DNA of 64,000 nucleotides, taken from positions 1,736,001 through 1,800,000 of the forward strand of contig NEEC01000017.1 of NCBI GenBank assembly GCA_002189035.1, read 5' to 3'. The stretch comes from Utricularia gibba (Eukaryota > Plantae > Magnoliophyta). How positions within the stretch are numbered: position 1 is the first letter of the stretch; the number at the start of each line of letters is the position of its first letter. This document shows positions 31,149 to 44,400 of the stretch, one piece after another. The translations under genes were made by a program, and so were the position numbers. The notes below the pieces were generated by a model. It ran no database searches and had not been told where the DNA came from. It was given only the letters and a program-made list of their open reading frames with translations.

Positions 31149-31603
31149 ATCCCCTCACATACTTCGACCACTGCATTTGGCCCTCGTAGCTGCTACCATT
31201 CTCGGTTTTGTGATCGTAACTGACAGATGAGAAATGGGGTACTTGTTTTCGTTAAGAAAGTTTTGTCACTTTCTTTCAGCCTTCTGATATTTGTTTTTTG
31301 GACCTGTGAAATCCTAGTTTCCTTTGGGCCAATCATGCTCACTGTTACTGCAGATCTTTCCAGTGATTTTACCTGGTCATTATAGCCTGGTTTCGCACAT
31401 GTTTTAAGAATTTCTATCAGAATGTTGCTATGGCAGATCTTATTCTATATGACTTCATCCAGTAACATTCAAAAATTTATTGAAAACTGTCCATTTTGTT
31501 TTCAAAATGGTTGGTACACTCATGAATTCATACCCTTTGATATACAGGATAGCAATCAACACAAACATCCCAGCAATTTATTACGCAGGAAGCCTTTGGT
31601 GCT

Positions 31604-33190
31604 CTAGGTGCTCCTCTGCAGCAGTGACAGCAGCCCCCCGCCATGCACCCTCCCTTCCGGTATGAAGAACTCCGACTCCGACCCACCGTGCCGGTCTGCC
31701 ACACTCTCCTGCACTGCCGAGGCTTTCATTGAAAGTGGAACAAGCACATGCGGCGGAATAAGGCTCTGCCTTTGATCGGAAATCCCACTAATGCTGGAGG
31801 ATGAACTCGCCGGACCAATCCATGAAAAAGGCCTGGTCCGATCATCGTGCTCTGCCCTGGAACCATGCTCATGTGTGCAGCACACAAGCCGCTCTTTCCT
31901 CTAGCAAACCTCTCACATTTCCCATCTCCCCATTGACACCTCTTCCCCCACCGTGCGCCTTGCAGAACTCTGTGCTCCCCTGTGCACTTTTCCCGCAGTT
32001 TTCAAACTTGCACCTCTTCCCTCCGCCGTGCTTGACGCAGCAGTCCGTCCTCCCGCGGGCGCTCTTCGTGCATCCGGGCACCGCACACCTCTTCCCTCCG
32101 CCGTGTGCCACGCAGTAGTCTGTCCCGCCGTGGACACTCTTGGGGCATATTCCTCCGCCGTCGTAGAGACACCGCTTGCCTCCGCCGTGCCCTTTGCAGA
32201 GATGTGTGCTCCCTTCAGCTCCCTTGTTGCAGCCAGCAAATACACAGCGCTTCCCACCGCCGTGTGCTTTGCAGAACATGGTGCTTCCCTGTGCTCCCTT
32301 GTTGCACCCTATGAATTGGCACCGGCGGCCTCCTCCGTGAGAAATGCACAACCCACCTGCCCCTCCGCGCTGCGAGTGCATCCTTCCACACTGCACCGCT
32401 TCCCCCCACCGTGCCGGATGCACAGCCCTGATCTCCCCCTGGCGGCCTTGGTGCAGCCGCCGGGATGACTGCACCGCCTCCCCCCACCGTGAGATATGCA
32501 GAGATCCGTCTTCCCTTCAGCACTCTTTGTACACCCTAAACTCTGGCAGCGTCTCCCGCCGCCGTGAGATTTGCAGTAAGCTGTGCGGCTCTCGGCGCCC
32601 TTGTTGCATCCAGGCTTCTGGCATCTCTGCCCACCTCCATGGCCGATGCACAGCCCTGATGCACCTCGAGCTCCCTTCTTGCAGTTACTGAACCTGCACT
32701 TCTTGATCGTGTTACCCTTCTGGGAAGAAGACAGCATTGAATTTCCAACATCATATTCAGAGATATTTGACGGCTGGGAACTCTGCTGAAGCTCAGAGCT
32801 CGCCAGCCTCGGTGCCAGGATCAGGGTAGTGATGTAGCCAGCAGCTTTCTTAGCCGACGTGGAACCCTCATCCGCAGCAAAAGCAGCAGTTCTTTCACAT
32901 TCCGACTGTTCTGCACCTCCATGGATGGAACCCGAAAGCTGGATCATATTCGAAACCGCATCAGCTTCACCGGATATCCCAAGTTTCAGAAGTGAATCAG
33001 GAACAGCCGCCGCGGTTCCCTTCCCTGTGCTCGGTCGGAAACAGGAGTAGTTCCCGGAGCTCACGGCCGGAGATGGCCCTAGTCCGAGCACCAACTTGCA
33101 GCCATCATCAGGAAAACATCCATTCCCGAAGCAATCCAGACGCAGGGCAGTATCATCATGCGGGAAGTCACCAGAAAAGCAAGGATGCAT
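31604..33190 (-). CDS. GGGxRC-repeat (WRKY19-like zinc-finger, loricrin-like) Cys/Gly-rich protein; two apparent 1-bp frameshifts (about 32350 and 31943); start codon approximate
   Basis: About ten repeats of the type HGGGKRC...GC.K.A.G.T..C, an N-terminal DTALRL..GCKLVLGLGP motif and a C-terminal PEGRVHGGGLLSLL motif. Confidence 0.85.
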
Positions 33191-35543
33191 CTTTTTACTA
33201 CAAAACCAGTCACACAAGCTGAAGAATTGTCAACAGAAGTGGCCACTATAACCTCCATAGATCAAGAGGAAGATCACGGTGTGCAGGAATCCGACCGAAC
33301 CGCTTCCCCGCTAACAAAACCAGAGGTGTCTGATCGGTCCATTTAGGAGCTTTCAGAGATGAATAATCATCCGGAGAAAGCACACCCACCTCACAGTTTC
33401 ATCAAACCTGCGCGAGGAAGAAGAGTATAATTATGCAGCCAGTTCCCATTTATGGGTTCAGGTGTCACAACAAGACGATGAAAACTGTGTAAAATTTCAC
33501 TCTAACTTGTTCCTCGGACAAGATGTTTCCATTTATGTCACAAATCCAAGAAAAAGTTGTCTGAAAAAAGCAGCAAACACAAGCTTCCACTAAAACACCA
33601 GAAGCGAAAACCAAATCTTATTCCACAACTACAAAATCAGCAACCCAGATAGAATCTGAAAGCTCCCCAAGTTTCCAAAAAAGCAAAGGGAGGTTTGCCT
33701 AATCAAGCGCAAAACTTGGTTACTTTTCTAGACTAATCACCAGCAACGATTAAAAAGAAGTTGTCAAATCAGTTGACTAAACAACAGGAATTACGAAAAA
33801 ACAAGCTACACGTTTTTTATTCAAAAAATGTCTGCACCAATGCTTGAAATAAAAACCATTGCCCTGATCTTGTTACCCAGTTTTGAATCCGATAACCATA
33901 AAAAGCTCTTCATCTACATAGATTCCAGCAACCCAACAACAAAATTAACCGAAAAAACTCAATCCTGAAACCCAGAAAAGAAAACAAAAACGCAAAAAAA
34001 GTAAATAAATTACCACGCGAACAACAATGAAATCTTCTGGGAATCCCTGCTGCGCGAATCGAGTTTTTAGAATAGCGGAAAAGGGGATTTTTTTCTAATA
34101 AAGTAGAAAAAAAAACAGAGGAAGAAAAGAAGAAGAAGAAGCAGACCTTCTTCCCACAGGCCACAACCGGGGCGATAACAAATACACAAAAAAACGCGAG
34201 GACACGGACGGCGGCCATTGATTATGCCAGCTCGAACACAATGACGACAATGCCCCTGGCTGACATCAGACAGTAGATGGAGCCCACACGCCAACTAACT
34301 ATTTATTTTTTTATCTCTTTTTTTTTGCTTCACTCAACCGATTTGCTACGCGCCGCGATGTTGACGAGTTCGATCGTCAACCGCGAAGACAATGACATGT
34401 TTACCCCTCTTTGATTTGAAATTAATTTTTAAATGAGCTAATTTCATTAAATATTATGAATTTAAATTATTATTGTTAATTTAATGCCATTAAAAAGATT
34501 TTGCACCCTATACACCAAAACTATGTGGTCTTTCATGGTTCACCATAATATGTTTTGAACAAGCTTCAAAATGATATATTATATACAGTGAGAATTATCA
34601 TAATTTTGGAAATATCACAATAATTGAAGGGTCCAATCTAAGAAAAGTTGTAAGTAATTTATATGAATCATATATCGTTTATGGATGGAATATATGAATA
34701 ATTTATATAAAAAAATTTTATAATTTTGTATGAAGTATTTTTTTCAGAAAAAATGAATGTAAAATCATAAATATTGAATACCCGAAATAGATAATATCGT
34801 GAAATACGAGATATATCGTTATATTTGTAAATCATTTTGATTCATGCAACATATAATTTCAAAACTAATTTTGAGTCGATCGTGGTGTTTCATGAAATCA
34901 TGGTCATATGATGAAAGTCATGTCTTCAAATGAACTTTTAATATAATATTAACATTCTGATAATTAATTCTATGAGTAATCAATTTTATAATCATTTCTA
35001 AATCATTAAATAGAATATAATTGCTATTTACATGATTTTGTGCACGGACAACACTTGGAATGGGGAGGGGTAATTTAGTCAAATCAGGAGATGTCGGATC
35101 TAAATTGTCAGCCCTTCCGAGAGGGAAAAGAAAAAACAAAAGACCATTTTGTCGTTTTGTGGTTCTTGTCTTTTTGTTTCTTTTTCCAAAGAATTATTGG
35201 AATTAATAATTGGAGTTAGATCGGGCATTTAATTTCAAATAATAATATTATATTGAATTCATGTGTGCGTAAGCATCTTTTGTCGATGGAGTGGTCCCCA
35301 CACTTCTGAATAATGACAACCGAGAATAAAAAAAAGAGTAGTCGTCTGGGGTATTTTATATTATACCTTGCTGGGCTTCTGAAGCCCGATTCAGGGTTCT
35401 CATGGCCCATATTTGGCCCGGCCCGTTTACCCGTTAATAAAATTAATAAATACGTAAAACAATCATTTTTTGTTCTGGAGGAATGGGAACGGCCATCGTC
35501 TTCTCCGGTGTGGCTGGAGAAGGAGTATACTGATCAGGAGTGT

Positions 35544-38500
35544 TCAAATGGTCACAGTTAACGCATGCTTCAGATCTTCTATGTGAAGAAAATGATCTCC
35601 TAATGCGAGTCTTCGGTTCCCCATTTCATCCGGAACGCTCATCTGTTTCCCGACATCTACGTTGAATCTCACGACGCCTTCTTCGTTTGCCTGCAAATTC
35701 ACCTTCTCGAATCCTAGCAAGTGTTTCTCCGGCGCATTCTGCACTCGTGGCGGACTCCAAAAGAGTAATACCGTCTGGGTGCCGCTAATTTCCCCTGTAT
35801 TCTTCACTTTGAGATGGACTTCGAAGCCGGGGTTGACGCTATTAGATTCCTCCGCCGCGATTGAGGTGCAGTTGGATGACCGGCAGGCGTGGGCTTCGTG
35901 TAACTGGACGGAGATTTGATTTGGGGCGTGGAGGAGTTGATGTGTGAATGTGGTGTAGCTGAGGCCGTAGCCGAACGGGTAGACAGTTGCGCCTTTGTAG
36001 AAGCGGTAGCTCCGGCCGGGGAATCCGGTGGCGAGATCCGACCTCATGTTCATCGTCGTCATGTTCACCCGATCCGCGTACGACTGTGGGTACCAAGTCA
36101 CTGGCAATCGCCCGCCTAGATTTCTCTGCTTTTAGTGCAAAATTTACCTTGAGCAAGAGGATATCATCAATGATCAGAAAACTTACTTGGGTTGTGATAT
36201 CCGAAGACGATATCGGCAATGGCGGCTCCGCCGGCTTCTCCGGGGAACCCCACCCAAAGAATGCTAGTGATTTTCCGGTCGTCCTTCGCGAACTGGATAT
36301 CCATACCGCCACCGGACATTATGATGAGGATCACCGGCCCTTCGCCGCTCTCGCAACTTCAGATACCAGAAGCTGCTGCCGTCCGGGGAGAGTGATATCA
36401 ACTCTATCCTGGCTTTCCCTCTCAATGGATTGATCTGTACCCATTACCAGCACCACACCATTTGCCCCTGCAGCTACTCGCTTTGCAGCCTCCACCTGCA
36501 CCTGCGCCACATTGCACGAGACATTGGCGCACCCTGCCTCGTACACAGTCCTGACGACGTTCGACAAGCCCTGCAACGGACTCGTGTATCCGCACGAGCT
36601 CCCTGCAGAAATCGGCGCACGATAATGATCTCCTTAGCCTGAAACTGAAGCTTCTGAAGTGCTGCGCTTAGGATTTACCTTCGTAACTCCCAAGCATAAC
36701 GTGAGTGGCGTTAGCATTGGGGCCGATGACCGCCAGAGACTTGATGGAGGAAGCTGACAAGGGTAGTGATCCCGGTGAGTTCTTGAGCAAGACGATGCCC
36801 TGTCGAGCTGCTTCGCGAGCGAGTTCACGATTTGTGGAGTGCACACGTCGTTCGGGCCGAGATTGCCGTAGAATTGCTTGCTTGGCTCGCCGTCAAAGAA
36901 GCCGAGTCTCATCAGGGTAGCGAAGTTGTTAGACACAGCTCTGCTCACAGCTTCTTCTCCGAGCAAACCACGATCTACTGCGGTCTGGGCATGCTTGACT
37001 AGAAACGAACCGCAGTTCAAATCCAAGCCTGTGATATTTAAACTCCGGTTAGTCCTGTGAACGAGCCATGTCTCCTCAGGCAGTGCTTCTCACCGGAGTT
37101 CACAGCCACTGCAACAGTCTCCTCAGGCGTCTGCGTGTAGTGCTGTGCATAGAACATCTCATTCAGAGAATCGCAATCCGAAACAATGTACCTAATCATC
37201 AAGCAAACAGATTATTACAGAAATCCCCCATCGTCCAGAAACGACACACATACCCATTAAGCTTCCATCGTCTGCGAATCACTCCGGCGAGCAGATCGTA
37301 GTCGCCGCAAGTAGCTTTGCCGTTCACTTGGTTGTAAGAGCACATAACACTAGCCACATTTCCGTCAACTACACAGCTCCTGAACGGAGGATTGAACGTA
37401 TCTTCCAAATCCTGTTTCGACACCTGGTAGAAGAAACGTCGGCATATTATCGTCAGCATTTAACGATGAACACGACGGCGTGTGGCACTACCAGTGCATT
37501 GAAACTGTATCTCTGTATCCCCTTCCAGTTATCGACATCGTAAGCCGTGTAGTGCTTGCAACAAGAAGCAACTTTGAGCCTGGATCTGTCGCCGTTCTCG
37601 CGTTCCTGCAAGCCCCGAACGTACGCCACGCCATACTTACTCACCAGCAACGGGTCCTCCCCCGGCGTCTCCTGCCCCCGCCCCCACCGGGGATCGCGAA
37701 AAATGTTCACGTTTGGGGACCAAAACGTCAGACCGGCTAATCCCACGTTGTACATCGCTCTTGCCTCCGTCGAGACCACCTGTCGGACATGGCGACGGTA
37801 ACATTATTCTTTTTTTTTTCACCATTTAATTAATTAAGAAAAATTATTTTTAAAACCTGAAATTTAATTTAAACTATTTTTTGGAAAATTTTGGATGTTG
37901 TTTTTACTTATTTTTTTATAAAAAATAATTTTACATATAACACTTCATATTTATATTTATCTTATTGACAAAAATAATTTTTAGGTATAATTAAAAATAA
38001 GATAGAAATATAAATAAAAAAATACTTATTTTTAATTATTATTTCTATCAATTTCATGAAAATATATATATTTATGTAATTTTTTCAAAAAACATCATTT
38101 CTATTTATACTTTTTAAAAAAATTTATAATTATATTTTTTACTTTTTCAAAAATAAAAACAATATTCAAAAAGTTTTTAAAACACTCCTTTAGATTAGAA
38201 CAACATGCAATTTAAAATTATGATTTTTTTTTAAATATTAAATTTAAATAATCATTTTATTAATAATATTTTTATAATATATTGAATCTAATTAAATTAT
38301 TTTAAAATAAATTTAATTCGTAAACGAAAAATAGATACTAAAGAATAAAAAAATTAACATTTTTACTAACCTTGCCGATGGAGTAAAAGAGAGATTCGTT
38401 GAAACTGGCGGCCGTGAGAATCACCTGAGGGAAGCTCGTTGAACCCGGAACGAGGTCGCCGGTGAACCTCGCACCGGGGCCGTAATACGAGACTCCGTGC

Positions 38501-38769
38501 AACGCCTCCGACCACCACTCGTAGTCGGGTATCCCAAGGCGGCTGACGCCCTTCGCGGAGTTGGTCAGCCACCCGATTTTCTCCGCCAGGCTCATCCTCC
38601 CAACGAGATCCTCGACGCGGCGGTTGATGTCGAGGGATGCGTCGCAGAAGGGGAAGCTTCTGAGCCATGGGTTGGCGGCAACGTCGCAGGCGAACGTGGG
38701 CTTCTCCCCCTGGACGAGGAGTGAAGGAATGATGAGGACGGCGGCGAAGAACACCCCCGCGGCGGCCAT
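35544..38769 (-). CDS. BXL4: GH3 beta-D-xylosidase/alpha-L-arabinofuranosidase (BXL4-like); 7 exons; two apparent 1-bp frameshifts (about 36831 and 36338)
   Basis: Signal peptide, [59 protein letters not shown], the nucleophile motif [26 protein letters not shown], and a C-terminal Fn3-like domain. Confidence 0.93.
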
Positions 38770-41419
38770 TGGAGGAGGAAGATGGAGGAGGAGTATCGGG
38801 ATTCTTATAGAAAAGAGAATCGGGAGAACGCGTAACGCGGCGGATGCGATGGGGAAAGCGGCATGAGTTTGTCACTTTTGCTCACAGCTCATCCCCATGG
38901 ATTTGGTTTCACATGAAGCAGGATTTTACAGCATCGGAAAACGCCCACCCATTCAAAATTATCCAATTTCTTTTATTTTTATTGTATATTTTGTAAACAC
39001 ACACATTCAATTGCATTACAAATACGGACGCATGTAATTAATAATAATTATTGTTTAAGAAGGTGATTAATAATTAATCAGGTGGGATGCGGACACCGGG
39101 ACACGCCGCTTACTTTTTATGACTCAAACCGGGCTCAATTGAATCGAACCGGCAAACCGGGTCAGCACTATTAGTCCCGATTTAGGGGGTCCCCTATTCT
39201 AACCACCGCCACGAATTGATGGGCGGGTGGGATGCAGCTATCATAATCGGCGGTGGTTTTTCTTTATTTAAAAAAAATATACAAATTAAGTACGGATATA
39301 TTTTTAATATAAAAAAGACTAGGAACTCACACGTGATATTTTGTTAGAATTCTTACATTCCACCCTAAAATCCGTACATGTATATATACGAAAATTGAAA
39401 TTGATATTATTGTTTAAGTTTTCCTTTTTTCAATATTTGATGCAAACCAAACAATATTTATCTTGATTTCATATTTATTTATAGTTTTTTATTATATTAT
39501 TAAATACTAATTTAATAAAAGATAATTAAAACTATTTTTAAATGTCAATATATTTACGATTGGTTGGGGATCAATTCTCCATGAAGGGCGTTGTCTGTCT
39601 CCAGCGCAGGACCAGCCAGCCCTTCGGCCTTCCGACCAACTTCAACCTATGCATGTGTTGGTGGCCTGGTGCCGGAACGCCGTGTGATAAGACCACCAAC
39701 GGAACTGATTCCGACGTGGTTAGATCGCCGGCCATGTAGTAAAACAATCGTCGATCGAATCGAATACAAATATTTGTCGAATTTGTGAGACGTGTAGTCA
39801 GGTTGGATTTCAACTAGTGAATGTAAGTCTGGACATGTATAACATGTTATGTATGAAAAGAGGTAATGAATGGATCCCATCACTAATACACCAACGTGAC
39901 CAATGATCGTTTTTGGATTGCAATTAGATTTGTAACTTAAAATAGTGTCTGAAATATTCGACTTACGTTTATCGTGTATGATATTGATCATTTTGAATAT
40001 TTTATTCTTACGATTTTATGTTTTTTTTTCATATTGGATCAAAAATCACCCATTCTCATATTATTTAAGGCATGTTTAATGGAGTTATTATCAAAAACCT
40101 TTTGATGTGATTGAAAAAAAATTTCATGCAATATTTGTATGATCCTTATACTTAATATTATCATATTTTCCATGTATAACAAATATGAGATTCGTCTAAA
40201 GTTCTTTCGCCCTTTGTTGATATAATTGATGATCTAATTGAATATAATTAATATTGTACTGTATCCAACTCAACCAAGGTAACAACACATCAATCCAAGC
40301 ATCTCAAATATCCCACCATTTGTTTCTCGAACCCCATGGCTCGAGGAAGCCCTTTTGAACCGGGAGGCCAACCCGGTTCAGTCACAAAATGTACAATATC
40401 CCGTGCGTGGGAGGGATCTAGATAGAAGGCCAATGATTGCAAGTTAATTAAAAAAAAGAACTTGAAACGTGGTGCAATGGGCCACGACGACGTCACCGTG
40501 GCACGACTGGATCCATCACTTGGGCTCAATACCTACAGCCTATGAGGTCGACCGTACGATGCGGTGCAATGCGCCCACCCACATAATACCAATAGGAGGA
40601 TTTGGTTAATGTTATAGGGATTCCAATTGTGATTAGATTATAATTTTGTATCAATTCGTGATAAAAATAATTAATATTTAAATAATTTTTTAAAATTGAT
40701 ATTGATGGTACTATCTCTAAAGTATAATCTAGAAAAATAGATAACTTTTTTTTCTCACATACTAATTAAATTTTTACATATACGATAGTCATTCTTCTAA
40801 AACACTTTAAAACTAGTGCTTTATCTTGAGCGTCTACCCTAAAAACGAGATAATCCACGTGTTTGTGATGTGTTTATTTTGAGGATATAAATGTCATTTA
40901 GTGGAAGGGTGAGTAGGTAAGTTTGAGAGCAAAGACTACCTGAAAGCTCAAAGTGTAGTAGGACCACAAGCAGTAACATGGTACCATCATAAATTTTTTT
41001 ATTTTAATCATTATTCAAAATTCAAAAAAAAAAAGAAATCACATTTTGAATTTAAACCTTGCTTTTAATAATTCCTTTTTTAGAAATCAAGGTGCTTAAA
41101 TTTAATTTAGTAAAATTTTACTAAAAATAATGTGATTTTTTTAACAGGAAAAGAATAAAAAATTTTATCTGTTTGGTTTTTTGGGAATTAATGAGATTAA
41201 AGGAAAGTTGCAGGTGCGTTTATCTGGCCACGTGGCGGGGTGGTATTTGCTACTTCGTGTTCTGCTGACTTCTCTTTCGTTGCTCTTGGCCCTTGGGAAA
41301 GTTCAGTAATTCTGTCTTTCGTTCGTGCTGTAAATCTCGCAATCCAGAGTAGGCATCTTCACTTGTTGGAGTTGAACGCCATGGCTTCGTAACTTGGTTG
41401 GGGAGCGTAAGGCTGGAGC

Positions 41420-44400
41420 ATGGATGAAAGTGGATCAGTGTTTGAATTGGGTACGGTGTCGACTTGGTTTTCAGTTGTTGGTTTTGTGTACTGGGGGGGG
41501 GGGGGTGTGGATTTTGATTTCTAGGGCTCGTGCGTGATGACTGGTTTGGGATTTGTCGTGTGGTTGTTTAGAGAGTCGGTGTATGGACTGAGCTTTTGTT
41601 GTAAATTGATTGCCCTAGGCAGTTGATTTCCTTGGTTTGGATTTTTTTTTCTGCTAACGTTTTAGGTGATGACATTCTGGCTTGGCTATAAAGTGGTGTT
41701 TTAGCTTGTCTCTGATTAGCTGAGTACATGGAGCTTTTATTCTTTCGTGGGGTGTGTGTTTCGTTGGGAAATGCTGGTCATTGAAACGCTGTGCGTTTGT
41801 TTGGAAGGATTGAAGTGAGGTTTAAATTCTAACTTCTTAGACTCAGGTTGAGGCACCTGTAGCAAGGAATCAGGAGGAAATGTACACTTTCTGTCGATGG
41901 TTTTTCTTTTCATGTTCTTGCTCCGTTTGTTTTGCGTACTTGGATGTAACTCTTAGGTTGCTGTTGTGACGTGCTATTGTGCCTATCTTGTCTTGAAATT
42001 TTAGATATTCAGAGGACGCTCTATGAAGCCCAAAGCCGGTGGCTGAGACCTGCTGAAATTTGTGAAATTTTAAGAAACTATCAAAAATTTAATATTTCTG
42101 CAGAGGCTCCGTCTAAACCAATAAGTATGTCTTGCTTTATTTTCACTTTCCATGCCGTATATTTTCATTTCATATTTTAAGATGCATGGGCTGTTTCTGG
42201 TGGTGCGTTATTCTTGCCAGGTGGTTCTGTTTTCCTTTTTGATCGCAAGGCATTAAGGTACTTCAGAAAGGATGGTCATAATTGGAGAAAGAAAAGGGAT
42301 GGGAAAACAGTCAAGGAAGCCCATGAAAAATTGAAGGTGCAAGTTTCCTGAGGTTTTCTTTTTTTTATTGAATTTATGCTGATTTTTTCCTGCTTGATAA
42401 TCTTTGTCGGTACACTTCGTTGTGCTACCTTGTGAATATACAAAGAAAAAATAGGAACACCTTGGTATTCTGAAATTACTTGTGCATTTTAAAGTTATAC
42501 TTCACTGTGACGCTACATACTGATCCATGTACTATGCCCTCAGTGTTGCATTTTTTTACCCGAATGAGCTGCTCATGCTAACTTAGTTCACAATCCCATG
42601 ACCATGCTGCATTTGGATCTCCTTACTATCACTATTACTTCCTGTTTATTGATGTCCATTTTCGCCAGGTTGGAAGTGTTGACATGCTGCATTGCTACTA
42701 TGCCCATGGGGAAGACAATGAGAATTTCCAGAGGCGCAGTTACTGGTTACTTGAGCCGTATGTTTAACTGCTAATGCATCATTATCATCTGGAAAATTAT
42801 TTTAGGAAAACACCAAAAAGTGCATTTTTCAGTCCAAGTGCTTCTCCTTTTTGATGTTCATCTTTATCTTGGATTGTCAATCTATTGCATTTAGAATACT
42901 TTTTAATGTTTTATGGGAATAATCTGAAGCTGAATCGCATATGCTCTCTCTCTCTCTCTCTCTCACTTTCTCTTTCCTTTTACGTTGAAATTTAAACTAA
43001 AAAGAGAATGCTAACTTCAGTTCAATTGTATCTTTTTCCAGGGATCTTATGCATATAGTATTTGTCCACTACCTGGAAATTAAGGTTCGTTGTGTGCGTG
43101 TGTGTATTTTTTTTTCCTCAAAGTTCAGCAATGCAAAACTGGAAATGAAGTGTTTGATTGTCTTATTACGGTTTAGGGACATAAAGCAAATATCAGTGGT
43201 GGTTTCGGAGATGCTGGAGTTGCTTTAAATCCTGGAAGGGACAGTTCACTGTCTTCCGGATTCCGTGGAACAAGCCCTTCTAGCCCTTTGTCATCAGCAT
43301 ATGCTGATGCTGAATCCGGTATGCACTCCCTTCAGTGTATTAAAGTAAAAGCATTTGGTAACTGTATAGTTACCCAAGTTTTATACCTTGCAAACGTCAT
43401 TTCTCTATGACTTTCAGAGAATTACCACCAGGCAACTTCTGAATTACATTCATATTCAGAGCCTTCAGTACAAGATGATGGTCATTATGCCCATCCAAGC
43501 TCATACAGTTCACCTTTACCTGCAGGTGTTTACATTTTCAGTATCTTGTTTTTAAGGCTTCTTATTTGAGGTAGTATTCATCCTTGTTACTGACAATAAA
43601 TCTTAATTTTCCGGTACTATTGTAGGAACACAGGCTGTTTATGGAACGAGTTCTGTGCCATTCCCACTAGATGATGAGAATGGAGATTTTGGTGGAGGAA
43701 TCTATTCATCTGCGGCTGCAACACCAATTGATGCAGCATATTGGCCTGAAATCGGACGCAATCCTGTAGCTGGTATTTTCTGCAGAAATTTCGCTCATTC
43801 AATTGCTTGCATAATAGTTTTGCAATAATGCTGTTTTCCAACAGGAAAGGTTATTTATAGGCAGGAATCCGCATCTACTGTGCCTTCTTCTCATGTGAAT
43901 CGGGTCGGATTAAATCAAACATTTTCAGACGTATCTTTTCCACCTGACCAACTGAATGACATGAGGTTATTTCATGAATACCATGACGAGAAAAATGGAA
44001 ATCTTCCACTGCTCACATCTAACCAAGGGATTGGAATTACTTCCATCTTAAATTTTGAGAGTGGTATGGGAAGTGAAAGTTACACTTTCCCCATGAAAAA
44101 GCCCATGCTTGGAAGTTTGCATTCAGAAGAAGCCCTGAAGAAAGTTGACAGTTTCACTCGTTGGATGGCTAAGGAACTTGGAGACGCTGATGAATTGGCA
44201 GTGCAGCCAAGCGGTGGCATTTCATGGAGTATGATGGGAAGTGACTATGAATCAAATATTCCAGTCCAGCTGCAAAATGGCGTGGACACAATGAGTCCTT
44301 CTATCTCTCAGGATCAGCTCTTCTCAATTACTTTTTTTTCGCCTCACTGGACTTACTCAGACTGTGAAACCAAGGTACTGTTATTTGATTTAAATGTGTC

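Noticed and set aside
31604-33190. GGGxRC repeats as a CRISPR-like or satellite array
   Set aside because: The repeats are conserved at protein level with synonymous variation and have no repeat-spacer structure.
34394-35080. Possible Mutator-like MITE from weak inverted motifs gacatgtttacccctc / gaggggtaatttagtc
   Set aside because: Only about 12 of 16 bases match, with no extended TIR and no TSD.
39121-39170. AACCGG-rich motifs (also about 21566-21600 and 35386-35432) as TE subterminal repeats
   Set aside because: Too short and isolated; no element boundaries could be defined.
39690-39730. C/D-box snoRNA from GTGATAA and CTGA
   Set aside because: The C box is imperfect, the spacing is too short and there is no terminal stem or recognisable rRNA antisense element.
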